DNA of 37,098 bases from Nemertoderma westbladi (GCA_032718475.1 JAUCBJ010004717.1:1-37098), one strand, 5' to 3'; shown: positions 1 through 13,139, numbered from the stretch's first letter. The notes: generated from the letters alone by a model not told the origin. Program-made: numbers and translations.

Positions 1-1790
1 CCGCGAGTTTGTTGTCGAGACAGGAGACGATGGCATTGTCTCCTATGGGTGCGCCCAGGATCTTCAGGTCTTCTAGTGGGCGCACCTGATTCCCCTCGCA
101 GACCTCATCGAACCCGCGTTGGATGGATAGACGGGACTCCGGAGATACCTCCCCAAGGAAGAAGAGTTCCGACTTGGAGTGGTTGATCCGGAGTCCGCAA
201 TGACCTCCCTCGAGGATGACGGATCGGAGGTAGTCTAACACCACCCGGTAGTGGTCAGCGAGATTCCCGTCGTCTAGGTACCAGATGTTAAACCTCGACT
301 GCAGCAACTGGATGAATGGGTTCACCGTGTCGCTGAAAAGCCGGGGTCCGTCCGCATCGCCTTGCTGCACTCCTTCCTCAGAGAGGAGTGTATTCTCCCC
401 ATGGAGGAGGAAGCTAGGCGCTCCGTACGCCGCCAGCATTGAGTTGTACATGCTGGGGTAACACTGGTACACAGTTTCGAGCATGGAATCCCGCCGGATG
501 GAGTTAAATGTGTTGCTGAAGTCGATCTTCAGCAACACACTACCAGGAAGGTTCGGGGAGGAGGAGAGTGCCCTCGCTGCGTGGGCCGCCGCTTCAGCGC
601 CGAGTTTGGTGCCGATCCCGAGCTGGACAGTGCCGTAGGAGGAGGTACGGGGTCCCTGGGTTAGGAAGCCGGAGTACTTCCCCACCAATCGCCGCAGAGT
701 GTTGCCAACGGCGATTGGGCACACCCCACCCTCCGTCTTCGTGAACGCGAAGAGATTTGCGGCGTAGAAGGTGGGGCGGATGGCGAGGGGAACTTCTCCG
801 GAGGTGGTGGTGTCTAGGAATCCCGCGAGTCGTTGTAGAAGACGGGCCGCGGCCTCTCCGTTGGTGGGGGAGATCAGGTCTTTGAGTATTTGGGGCCGCA
901 ACCCATCTGGTCCTCCGGCACTGCCGCTCGGGAACGACAGGATAAGTCTGCGGGCGATAGTAGAGGAACAAGGTGAGGCCGTAGCGTTGAGGTCCACTGG
1001 AGGTGGGTTGGTACGGCGGTTGTCAGGCCGTGCATGGTGTTTCTTCTGCAACGCCTACCGTGTCTCCGGCGTGTTGGGCGCAAGTGAGTCTGCTGAGGAT
1101 GCCAACCGGATGGCGCCCTTCACGTCAGAGTCCTCGATCTTTTCGGCTATGGCCATCGCGAGTCGCTCTGCACCACCACGCTTCTTCGTGTTAGTTGGGG
1201 GGGCGGGGGAGTTAGAGTCCGCGAAGGGGTCGGCACGGAAGGCAGCCACTCGCGCATTGATTGTGGCAGCGAGTGACCGAGTGTGGCGCCGACCCCCTCG
1301 TTTGGGCGTAGCGAGGCAGTGGTGGCTGACAGTCAGTAGTCTAAGCCACCCCTGGGGCTCGTTGGGCCGCGTGCCTACCTCCCCGAGGATGTCAGCGAGG
1401 AGGTCTGCGAAGTTGGTACGCACGGCCCTGGGGACGTGGCGCAGCTGCCGTTGTTTGCAGTTCCGCAGCCGCGCCAAGACATCCCACTCCCCAAGGGTGG
1501 CCCAGTCGAAAGGCGGGGGGCACGGTGGTAGAGGAATAGGGGTGGAAGTAGTGGGTGGAGGTGTAGATGTAGGAGGTGGAGGACGGAGGGATGAAGGGAG
1601 TACAGTTCCGGTGGAGGTACGCGAGCCTGGACACCTACCGGCGAGCGGTCCGTGGACACGGAGTCGCCCGTCGGAGTTTACCGCGATTTCCCGGCGGCAC
1701 TGTGGGCAGGAGGAGTGCCCAATAATGCTCCGGTTCATCGCAGAGGTATCCAGGCTGCCGGCCATCGCGCCCTCTGCCCTCTCACGGGCA
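1..1790 (-). mobile_element. CRE-clade-like non-LTR retrotransposon ORF (zinc finger + RT), disrupted; runs off the window start
   Basis: Minus-strand translation gives N-terminal CPQC...HGPLAGRC finger, SFPSGSAGGPDGLRPQILKDL, GGVCPIAVGNTLRRLVGK, QLGIGTKLGAEAAAHAAR, KIDFSNTFNSIRRD, EGVQQGD and NIWYLDDG (about 265-290). In-frame TAG at 1055-1057 and a frameshift near 790. Confidence 0.88.
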
Positions 1791-2880
1791 GAGGTTGTTG
1801 ATATAGGTCTGTAGGTATATAGGCCTAGCACAGCAGTACACAGGTACACGTGCTGACGTGCAGTACAAGCTACAGTTTTGCAAAATCATAGTTAATTAGT
1901 TATATTAAATAGATAATATGTAAATAGTTAATTAAATAAAAAATAATAAATAAAAAAAGAAAAAAAACTTATGCCAAACACACCTGGGAACCTCCACCAC
2001 AATCTGAACTACATGGTGAATAGTCACTCCATTCACTCCAATTGCTGTTTCCAAATGGTTGCTTACAAAAATTGGATTGATTCGGATCACATGCATGTGG
2101 CATTTTACAGTTTGAATTCTAGGAAAAAATAGAATATTAAAATTAATTGTCATTGCCATCTTATTAAGTTAAAATATTAGTAAAAAAAGCTCAATGACAA
2201 AACATACAGTATACTGTACATCAGTTCGCTATCGGACCTAGTTGTGTATGCAAGTTTTTGGTTGTGAGGACCTTTTGGTTGCCTAGAAACAGTGAAATAA
2301 ATTCTAGAATGACGGATCAGATTTGTCGAATTCACTCAATTAAAATTCTGTGACATCCCATAAGGAGCATCTATTGGACATGCTTATCTTCAAAATTTCA
2401 AATATACTATTGTGTACTTTGCCCAATGTTTCGTTTTCCGTCATTAGGCTGCCCTGCTTAGGCGCGTAACTTATTACAACAATATAGATAGCAATGGATC
2501 CATCTATTAATGCCAGCTCTCGCTGGCCAGCTTGTGTTATTACTCTTCCTCTTTTTTAACATTTTTAATAGCATTTTCTTCTGAGACTTCTAGATCACAA
2601 TCTAATTATAATCACTTATCAATCCTAATATTATCACTAATTAAAAACATATGTAAAAAAAATTTAAACAAATTTAAACTTGTGACAAACGCTTGGAGGC
2701 TCTCTTGGGCCTGCCCCGTTTGGGTTTTTCACCAAATTCACCAAATAGGCCTAACAAACGTCTTCACCAACTACTACTATTACAGTAAATGGCTTGCAGC
2801 ATTAAAATGCACAGAAAGATGCTATGGAGGCTTAACATCAAAATATTAATCTTAAAATCGTAATACTAAAAATGCATAAT

Positions 2881-4037
2881 TTATTGTCTAGGAAATTGTT
2901 CCAGAAATAATTTATCATTAAACACCTGAAGAAGATAAAATTTATTTATCGGCAGCTATTGTAATATTATATTCTGTATATTTTTGATTATTTAAAACAT
3001 TGTTGTTGATCTCGGTTGTTTATAATTTTTTAACAACTCTTCACACCCCTTTATATTTTATCACATGTACATAACTTTGGATAGATGTAGTTGTTGAAAT
3101 GTTCTATAAAATTTACCTCTCCAGCTCCATTTGTTATTGAATCTAAACCACTGAATGACGCCACATCAATCCAAACCGACTGGGGGTCAGACAGAAGAAA
3201 CTGCGGTTCATTTGCTGAATTGAGTTGGCAGTCCTGAACATCCCTTATATAATTGATAGACCTGCATGAAATGATCTTTATTTTCAATTACTATATATAA
3301 ATTAAAATTATAGTCTAATAATATACAGTATACGCAAATATACATAAATCGGTACAAACCAATAGCATGCATTTATGTTGTATCCAGTGATTCGTTCTCT
3401 TATACACCAATAACTATTCACTCTATATCTATTTAAATTATATTTAGATCGCCTATTATTACCTCTGCTTCCAATATACATATATTACATATATACTACT
3501 ACTACTACTTATAGATACTACTACTACATACAAAGTACATTTAGGATAAAAATTGAGAGAGCTTCAGATTACTATAGTCCTACTTTTTTTTAATTTTCTT
3601 TAAAATATTGTTAGCTAAATAAAAATTACATTGACAATTTAGATAAAACATTTTGCACATACATATATATTGTCTATATTTATGTTATATTTTCTATTAC
3701 TATTGTGTACCTATATTTTTGTTGTTGGAACTACGTCAAACATAAGAAACATACCAAATATATTTCTGTATTTTGCACATACATGTACTATACTATTTAA
3801 ACTTTAATTTTAAATCAAAAAAATATATAATAAGAAATACCTGCACTTATTCACTTCTTGGCAAATAGTGTGACACAAGATATGACTTTCAATATTCGGA
3901 ATGGTAGATAAATTTTTTCCAACCATACGTTGTCCATCAAGGGCCTCGGCTTTAAATTGGATTTTGTAAAACTGATCATTCCCAAACGATTTAACTACCT
4001 GGAGAGCAAATACTGCTGCCAATAAATTAAGAAACAT
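2881..4037 (-). CDS. Small secreted PAN/Apple-like domain protein, about 128 aa; exons 4037-3841, 3261-3117, 2925-2881
   Basis: Signal-peptide-like MFLNLLAAVFALQVVKS. GT-AG introns with matching phases (AG|GTATTT...TTTCATGCAG|G; GAG|GTAAAT...TCTTCTTCAG|GTG). The spliced product reads CHTICQEVNKCRSINY..DCQLN, the PAN-type C-x3-C...C-x-S-x-N-Y...C-x-L pattern. TAA at 2883-2881 overlaps AATAAA. Confidence 0.8.
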
Positions 4038-4715
4038 GTTTACTTTCCACCACGAATCCTGTATTTCTGTGTACATTATGGAAACAAGGTTTTATTTCAC
4101 GGAAATAAATAAACTCTAAATTTAATTAATACTCATTACTGCTCAAAATATTTAACATAATTACTCATTAATACTATTATAATTATGTAATCCCATTTGC
4201 GGAAAGTATTTTCGATTTAATTAACAAAAATTTAAGTTTTGAAGAATGATTAAATGTTTCAAAGTTTCTGATTAGTTTAAACAGGTTTTTCCAACTAAGC
4301 CAGTAATCTTTTGTATTTTATTGAGTGGCTACTAATAACTCTGAGGTTAACAAAAGTTTGATCCCACATATTGTTTGATCCCACATTACATTTCTAAGTG
4401 TTTAAACCTTTGAGGACAGTATTAAGGGATTACTGATTGTAATATGTTGATTACATTTTGTATTGATACAGTAATATAGCCCCAAATTAATACTGATTAA
4501 CAGATTATAACTTTCTGTTTATTAAATGTTACTACAGTTGTATATCAGCGGCACATCATTTGAAGCAACCCTGTGGGGAGAGCCACAAAGTAAGCGAGCT
4601 TAGCATATGACAAGTCTATAACCTAGTCTTCAAGGCTCCACAGTCTGGATATTCCAGATAATCGTAGTACAATTAATATTACAAGCGCGTATTGAAAAAT
4701 GCCATTATTAAATAA

Positions 4716-4756
4716 GTGGAAAGTTTCGATTTAATACATAAATCATCTTCAGCCAA
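4716..4756 (-). ncRNA. Degenerate minimal hammerhead ribozyme motif at the 3' end of Penelope-like element 1
   Basis: Minus strand reads GG-CTGAAGA-T-GATTTA-tgtat-TAAATC-GAAAC: CUGANGA and GAAA cores around a perfect 6-bp stem II, about 230 nt downstream of the GIY-YIG segment. Stem III and the cleavage site are not clearly intact. Confidence 0.55.
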
Positions 4757-4984
4757 ATCTAACGGTAAAGTACAAAAAGTTTACATTAAAATCTTAAATT
4801 GAAATACTGCATAATAATGTATAAAACTAAGTAATAAGATATGATGAAATTGTAGTTACAACTGAATAATGTAAGTAAAATATTGCACGGTACCAACAAC
4901 AAAATCAGAGATTAGTAGGCCATGGTATAAACAGTATAGTACAGTTTGTAAGTTATAATGGTACAGTACGGCCTAGAACAGCGA

Positions 4985-5360
4985 GTAGGTCTGTGGCGGG
5001 TAATGATGAGGCTTTCCTTAATTTGTAAGTCGTAATTAGTAGCAGCTCTACCTATAATTGTAAAGTCGTTGTATGTGAATTTGTGGTCCTCATCCATATG
5101 ACGTGTTCTCGTACTGATAGTGTTTCGTTTAGGTGTTGTTCTTCTAACTTCTTCTAATCTTCGAACGGGAAAGGCTTCAGCCTTTCCCGTTCGAAGGGAG
5201 CGGGAGACACACAAGTGTTCGCAGATTCTTGCTTTGTAATGTCGCTTGGTTTGCCGATATATGTAGCGTTGCAGCTACTACACGGAAATTTATATAAAGC
5301 AAGAGGTCTGAGACACAGGGGAAGTCTATCCTTAAAAGGGAAGTGGCCACCTAACATACG
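4985..5360 (-). mobile_element. Penelope-like element 1, GIY-YIG endonuclease segment (frameshifted)
   Basis: FPFKDRLP..LYKFPCSSCNATYIGK, RHYKARICEH and FTIIGRAATNYDLQIKESLII match the PLE endonuclease pattern. Confidence 0.88.
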
Positions 5361-8115
5361 CATGGTACAGCTTGGGGATTTAGAGGACAGCGAGACAAAT
5401 TTGGATAATATCTCAGCACCCTATAACAATGATACAGATGGTGAAATATCAAGTGACGAAATTACAAAGGCTGCCAACAAAATGAAGAACAACAGCAGCA
5501 CAACCGATGAACAAACCATTAGAGATACTCTGTTTTCTACTTTACCTTATCTGCTAGTTCTGTTTAATCTAAATTTCCATACAGGTATATCTGCATTTCC
5601 AACGAGCTGGTTTGGAATATTAATCAGTCTACCGAAAAAAGGAAAACTAAAACTTCCCCGATTTGTGCGTGGAATCACTCTCATGTCATCGCTTGCTAAA
5701 CTCTATGATCTAATACTCAGCAACAGACTCACAAACTGTATTAAAGTTCCATCAAACCAAACTGCATTCCAGAAGGGAAAAGCTGTGCAATACATGTACT
5801 CACATTGAAAATTATCCTTGATTATGCCAGAATAAAGAAAAAACAATTTTTTATTATATTAACAGATTTTACAGCAGCTTTTGACGGAATAAGTAGACGC
5901 AAAGCTAGTTCTTAAGCTAGCAACTATTGGGTATGGTGGCATGCTTCTCACAGCCCTTATTGGAATGTATCAAAACACAAATGTTGTAGTCCAATTTGCA
6001 TCCGAATTCTCCAAGATGTTTAGAATACTGAGCGATATCAAACAAGGTGCACCTTCAAGCCCAATACTCTTTGTAATCTATACTATTGGCCTCATTGAAG
6101 CATTTGACATACTCGATGGAGACAGCTTCCTTGTGAGGTTCCTCACATTACTTCATGCAGACGACTCACTAATACTGGCGACTATACGCAGATCGGCCTG
6201 TATCAAACTGAACATTCTAGAATCACACTGTTCGAAAAACTACCTGGAACTTAACCCTAGCAAATGCTCTTTCTTTTGTACAAATGCTACTACGATAGAT
6301 GACAAAAATCCCCTGGAACTGAAACTGAAATGTGAATCAATCAAATTTTCGGATAAAGAAATGTATTTGGGGTCGATCTTATGCTCTTCATGAAAACTGA
6401 CAGACATGTTTTACAAAGATCTAAAACAGAGGCATTTTTACGGGAAAACGCCCATGTCCCACTTAAGGTAAAGGAGGAAGTTCTAGACGTATGCCTCTCG
6501 AACGCTATTATGTACAACTGCGAGGCCTGGGGCCATATCCCTTTACAGAAGCTCGAAACTAAGTACAGAAAGGTTCTCAAAACAATGTTGGGCGTTAAGT
6601 CTTCCACGCCAAATGAACTAACTCATTTATATAGAATTAGGCAGACCTCTGATTTCTGATGTCATAAAAGCACAAACTGGAAAATTCATTAAAACTGCCC
6701 AGCAGAGTGATGATTTTATCAGTTCCCCCTTGCATCATGCTCTCCAACTAAACACACCTTTCACAACACACTTAAAACTAGAAGCAGACAAGAACCACAA
6801 AGACCTCCACGATGCATCATTATCCACTTTGAGACAGTCTATCAGGGACAAAGCCGCACATGGCCGCAGAAGTACATCACATATCTCGAACTCAACCCAT
6901 CACTAACCCGACCAAAAGCATACAACTGCATGTACTCCAACTCCGATCTAAAGGCTTACACACATATACGTACAAGTTCACATGACCTTGCAATTGAAAC
7001 AGGCCGATATCATAAAGCACCAAGCGACATGAGAGTCTGTACATGTAGTGATGTAGAGGATGGGTATTACGTTCTGGGTAGTTGCCACATTTACACAAAT
7101 ATCCGTGGTAAATTTATTTCGATAAACCATAATTTGTCACTTAGCGAAATCCTAGAGCTACCCAGTGCACCACCATCTTACGTATCTCAGATCTCCCACC
7201 ATCGTAAAATCAACCGGTCCTCAACCTCCACTCAGTTTTGATAGAATATTATTACTGATGCTAACATATCTACATTAATTAAAGGTTACCACTACTTACC
7301 AATGCCCTTAATTCGTTGTTAACTTATAACCAAAATGATTATTATGTGTTTTGCTTATTATTTGTGTTATGTTTTGTATATTATTTATGTTAAGTTTTGT
7401 TTAATATTTATGTTAAGTTTTGTTCGATATTTGTGTTATGTTTTGTTTGTAATTTCAACTACTATTTTGCTTGAGAACCTACCAACACTATCACCACTCG
7501 AATAATTTATTGCATTCATTATTTTGTTACGCACTATTTTGTCTGATTATTTCATCATTTCGTGCTGTTGTCATTTTACCTACCTGATATACATTATGTA
7601 CTTTACTTATACCATATATATATATACTTTATTTATACCCTCTATATACTTTACTTATATCCTCTATATACTTTACTTATACCATATATATATATTTTAT
7701 AAGTTTAAATTAAGTAAAGAAAGTTAGGGAATATGACTGTAGGGTGTGAGATCAAGCTGTTTTAGTATAATAATATTTTAAGAATTCAAAAAGTGACAAC
7801 TTATATGATCAATCACTAAAAATTTATTTTTTTATTATTAGCTTTCGATAGCTCTCCCTATCTTTTTCAAATAAACGATATTCTAGAATTATTGCACTAC
7901 AAGTAATCTCAATATTTTATATATATATATATATATATGCTTTATTTATACCCTCTAAATACTTTACTTATACCCTATATACCATTTAATATTAACACTA
8001 GAAAGTTTCAATGACTAACACCTATAATTCGTATTTTCTTTGGACTATATGTTGTAAATTACAATTATATCTATTTCTTCTATTGTGCTATATCATATAT
8101 ATCTTAGTCAATAAA

Positions 8116-8146
<31 letters not shown>

Positions 8147-8203
8147 CATACATACATACATACATACATACATACATACATACATACATACATACATACA
8201 TAC
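5361..8203 (+). mobile_element. 5'-truncated, decayed LINE (RT + C-terminal Cys/His domain, about 0.9-kb 3'UTR, (TACA)n tail); clade not resolved
   Basis: RGITLMSSLAKLY, NQTAFQKG, DFTAAFD, KQGAPSSPILF, LLHADD, IMYNCEAWG and RTSSHDLAIETGRY..RVCTC. AATAAA at 8110-8115 directly precedes the tail. ACATACG occurs at both junctions (5354-5360, 8198-8204). Confidence 0.9.
8117..8203 (+). repeat. (TACA)n microsatellite, about 21-22 units; 3' tail of the LINE
   Basis: Perfect repeat immediately after AATAAA and immediately before the PLE ORF resumes. Confidence 0.95.
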
Positions 8204-11200
8204 GTGTAGAGCGAAAGATAATCTTAAAATTTCATTGAGGGAACGCTTTTCAAAGTAACCCTAGTCGTGTTATAAGTAGGACAGAGTATGAACCAATGAA
8301 CGATATACATAGATATACAGGTCTTTGGGGACAGAGGGTGTGTTTGATTTTTACCAGTCATAAGATGGACTATATTCGTATCAGTAACTATGGACAGTGC
8401 TTAGCGTAACCATTGAGAGTGTGAAGCTTGTGGAGGATATAAATTTGTTTATGAAATTGACACCAAGTTGAACAAATCATAAAAATTATGTAGTCAAGTG
8501 TTGATATTAGAGTAATTTTGAATTGGTCTGGAATAAAGCATCATAGGGTGTGTAAAGGCCGGTAAAAGTTGGAGGGAGTCATTGGTTTCGAATTCGGCTG
8601 TAAACTGTATATTTCTATGTAGTTTATTCAGGTAGTTCATGAAGTCAGTTGCATGTTGTCGGACACGGAATAAAATAAATGAGTCATCTACATAACGGCA
8701 GTAAAATAGTGGCTTGATTTCAGTAGGACATTGTTCGATAGTGTTCAATTGTGTTTTTCGTGAAAACAAAAAAAGCAAAAGTTGGACCCAGCGGACTACC
8801 CATTGATACCACAACTATTTGTATAATTTTATTATTAAATATAAATTCTATGTTTTTAACTGAGAATTCTAGAATTTTCTTGTAATGCGCCCTTGTTAAT
8901 GTTCTTGTACTGTGCCCGTCTACTGTATCACTGTTTTCGAATAGCTGGGATAGAATAATTACAATGGTTTCATCTACTGGTACGTTTGTAAACAAATTTT
9001 TTACGTCAAAGATTTTTCAATAGAAAATGTATCCCTAACTGTGTAATCATTAACTGTGTCCGTTTGTAATTGTGGAACTAGGTATTTAGCTATATTATAT
9101 TGAAATTACCTATTGCTGATAGTATGGGTCTAGTGGGGTAGCCATCTTTATGGACTTTTGGTAGTCCATATAGAATGCCTGGAAGAGTACCAGTTGGTTG
9201 TAATCTACTGTACTCCTCCTTAGTTATATTCCACATATTCTACTGTACTCCTCCTTAGTTATATTCCACATAATCTACTGTACTCATCCATAGTTATATT
9301 CCACATAATCTAATGTACTCCTCCTTAGTTATATTCCACATAATCTACTGTATTCCTCCTTAGTTATATTCCACATAATCTACTGTACTCCTCCTTAGTT
9401 ATATTCCACATATTCTACTGTACTCCTCCTTAGTTATATTCCACATAATCTACTGTACTCCTCCTTAGTTATATTCCACATAATCTACTGTACTCCTCCT
9501 TAGTTATATTCCACATAATCTACTGTACTCCTCCTTTGTTATATTCCACATAGTCAACTGTACTCCTCCTTAGTTATTTTCCACATAATCTACTGTACTC
9601 CTCCTTAGTTATATTCCACATAATCTACTGTACTCCTCCTTAGTTATATTCCACATAATCTACTGTACTCCTCCTTAGTTATATTCCACATAATCTACTG
9701 TACTCCTCCTTAGTTATATTCCACATAATCTACTGTACTCCTCCTTAGTTATATTCCACATAATCTACTGTACTCCTCCTTAGTTATATTACACATAATC
9801 TACTGTACTCCTCCTTAGTTATATTCCACATAATCTACTGTACTCCTCCTTAGTTATATTCCACATAATCTACTGTACTCCTCCTTAGTTATATTCCACA
9901 TAATCTACTGTACTCCTCCTTAGTTATATTCCACATATTCTACTGTACTCCTCCTTAGTTATATTCCACATATTCTACTGTACTCCTCCTTAGTTATATT
10001 CCACATAATCTACTGTGCTCCTCCTTAGTTATATTCCACATAATCTACTGTACTCCTCCTTAGTTATATTCCACATAATCTACTGTACTCCTCCTTAGTT
10101 ATATTCCACATAATCTACTGTACTCCTCCTTAGTTATATTCCACATATTCTACTGTACTCCTCCTTAGTTATATTCCACATATTCTACTGTACTCCTCCT
10201 TAGTTATATTCCACATAATCTACTGTACTCCTCCTTAGTTATATTCCACATAATCTACTGTACTCCTCCTTAGTTATATTCCACATATTCTACTGTACTC
10301 CTCCTTAGTTATATTCCACATATTCTACTGTACTCCTCCTTAGTTATATTCCACATAATCTACTGTACTCCTCCTTAGTTATATTCCACATAATCTACTG
10401 TACTCCTCCTTAGTTATATTACACATAATCTACTGTACTCCTCCTTAGTTATATTCCACATAATCTACTGTACTCCTCCTTAGTTATATTCCACATAATC
10501 TACTGTACTCCTCCTTAGTTATATTCCACATAATCTACTGTACTCCTCCTTAGTTATATTCCACATAATCTACTGTACTCCCCCTTAGTTATATTCCACA
10601 TATTCTACTGCACTCCTCCTTAGTTATATTCCACATAATCTACTGTACTCCTCCTTAGTTATATTCCACATAATCTACTGTACTCCTCCTTAGTTATATT
10701 CCACATAATCTACTGTACTCCTCCTTAGTTATATTACACATAATCTACTGTACTCCTCCTTAGTTATATTCCACATAATCTACTGTACTCCTCCTTAGTT
10801 ATATTCCACATAATCTACTGTACTCCTCCTTAGTTATATTACACATAATCTACTGTACTCCTCCTTAGTTATATTCCACATAATCTACTGTACTCCCCCT
10901 TAGTTATATTCCACATATTCTACTGCACTCCTCCTTAGTTATATTCCACATAATCTACTGTACTCCTCCTTAGTTATTTTCCACATAATCTACTGTACTC
11001 CTCCTTAGTTATATTACACATAATCTACTGTACTCCTCCTTAGTTATATTCCACATAATCTACTGTACTCCTCCTTAGTTATATTCCACATATTCTACTG
11101 TACTCCTCCTTAGTTATATTCCACATATTCTACTGTACTCCTCCATAGTTATATTCCACATAATCTACTGTACTCCTCCTTAGTTATATTCCACATAATC

Positions 11201-12840
11201 TACTGTACTCCTCCTTAGTTATATTCCACATAATCTACTGTACTCCTCCTTAGTTATATTCCACATAATCTACTGTACTCCTCCTTAGTTATATTCCACA
11301 TAATCTACTGTACTCCTCCTTAGTTATATTCCACATAATCTACTGTACTCCTCCTTAGTTATATTCCACATAATCTACTGTACTCCTCCTTAGTTATATT
11401 CCACATAATCTACTGTACTCCTCCTTAGTTATATTCCACATAATCTACTGTACTCCTCCTTAGTTATATTCCACATAATCTACTGTGCTCCTCCTTAGTT
11501 ATATTCCACATAATCTACTGTACTCCTCCTTAGTTATATTCCACATAATCTACTGTACTCCTCCTTAGTTATATTCCACATAATCTACTGTACTCCTCCT
11601 TAGTTATATTCCACATAATCTACTGTACTCCTCCTTAGTTATATTCTACATAATCTACTGTGCTCCCCCTTAGTTATATTACACATAATCTACTGTACTC
11701 CTCCTTAGTTATATTCTACATAATCTACTGTACTCCTCCTTAGTTATATTCCACATATTCTACTGTACTCCTCCTTAGTTATATTCCACATATTCTACTG
11801 TACTCCTCCTTAGTTATATTCCACATAATCTACTGTACTCCTCCTTAGTTATATTCTACATAATCTACTGTGCTCCTCCTTAGTTATATTCCACATAATC
11901 TACTGTACTCCTCCTTAGTTATATTCCACATAATCTACTGTGCTCCTCCTTAGTTATATTCCACATAATCTACTGTACTCCTCCTTAGTTATATTCCACA
12001 TATTCTACTGTACTCCTCCTTAGTTATATTCCACATAATCTACTGTACTCCTCCTTAGTTATATTCCACATATTCTACTGTACTCCTCCTTAGTTATATT
12101 CTACATAATCTACTGTACTCCTCCTTAGTTATATTCCACATATTCTACTGTACTCCTCCTTAGTTATATTCCACATAATCTACTGTACTCCTCCTTAGTT
12201 ATATTCCACATAATCTACTGTACTCCTCCTTAGTTATATTCTACATAATCTACTGTGCTCCTCCTTAGTTATATTCCACATATTCTACTGTACTCCTCCT
12301 TAGTTATATTCCACATAATCTACTGTACTCCTCCTTAGTTATATTCCACATAATCTACTGTACTCCTCCTTAGTTATATTCCACATAATCTACTGTACTC
12401 CTCCTTAGTTATATTCCACATAATCTACTGTACTCCTCCTTAGTTATATTCCACATAATCTACTGCACTCCTCCTTAGTTATATTCCACATAATCTACTG
12501 TACTCCTCCTTAGTTATATTCCACATAATCTACTGTACTCCTCCTTAGTTATATTACACATAATCTACTGTACTCCTCCTTAGTTATATTCCACATAATC
12601 TACTGTACTCCTCCTTAGTTATATTACACATAATCTACTGCACTCCTCCTTAGTTATATTCCACATAATCTACTGTGCTCCTCCTTAGTTATATTCCACA
12701 TAATCTACTGTACTCCTCTTTAGTTATATTCCACAATGGTTTTAGTTTCGCTAGTAATTTTTTATATCCAGTCAGGGTTAGAGTTCATTTCTTTAAACTT
12801 AGTTTTGTCAGATAATACAGTCATTACTTTAAGATATAAT
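8204..12840 (-). mobile_element. Penelope-like element 1, RT region (8204-9200 and 12736-12840), interrupted by a 35-bp array
   Basis: VLSDKTKFKEMNSNP (about 12.8 kb), PGILYGLPKVHKDGYPTRPIL, FTNVPVDETI, MGSPLGPTFA, YCRYVDDSF, YLNKLHRNIQFTAEFE, TFTGLYT and LNGY. Multiple stops and frameshifts. Confidence 0.92.
9201..12735. repeat. 35-bp tandem array, 101 copies (TAATCTACTGTACTCCTCCTTAGTTATATTCCACA)
   Basis: Units stay in register (9201, 9481, 12701), 3535 bp in total, with scattered substitutions and no spacers. Confidence 0.98.
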
Positions 12841-13139
12841 CGCATTTGTTGAGAATGAAAACACCTTTGTCCACGTAAAACCGATAATCAGACATTTTTG
12901 TTAAAATTTGTCAATATGACCCCTCCCGGTATTGGTACTGGTACATTTTATAGCCCGGTACTAATATGGTGAGTGATTTTCGATCTATTACAATACACAT
13001 TTTAAATCTCAATAATTTCATAAATAATTAAATTAAAATAATTAAATTTCAATAATCTCAATAAACTAATAATCTGGTTTATTATAGGAAACTGAGAGAC
13101 TAGGGTGACTTTTGACCCAACAAATAGTTTAATTCAAGA

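Noticed and set aside
771-1814. 347-aa + strand ORF
   Set aside because: Antisense shadow of the GC-rich CRE-like ORF.
2421-2454. Hammerhead-like GCC-TAATGA...GAAACATTGGGC (minus strand)
   Set aside because: Core is mutated (CUAAUGA) and stem II does not pair; at most a relic.
9201-12735. CRISPR array (35-bp repeats)
   Set aside because: Units are head-to-tail with no spacers, there are no cas genes, and the context is eukaryotic.
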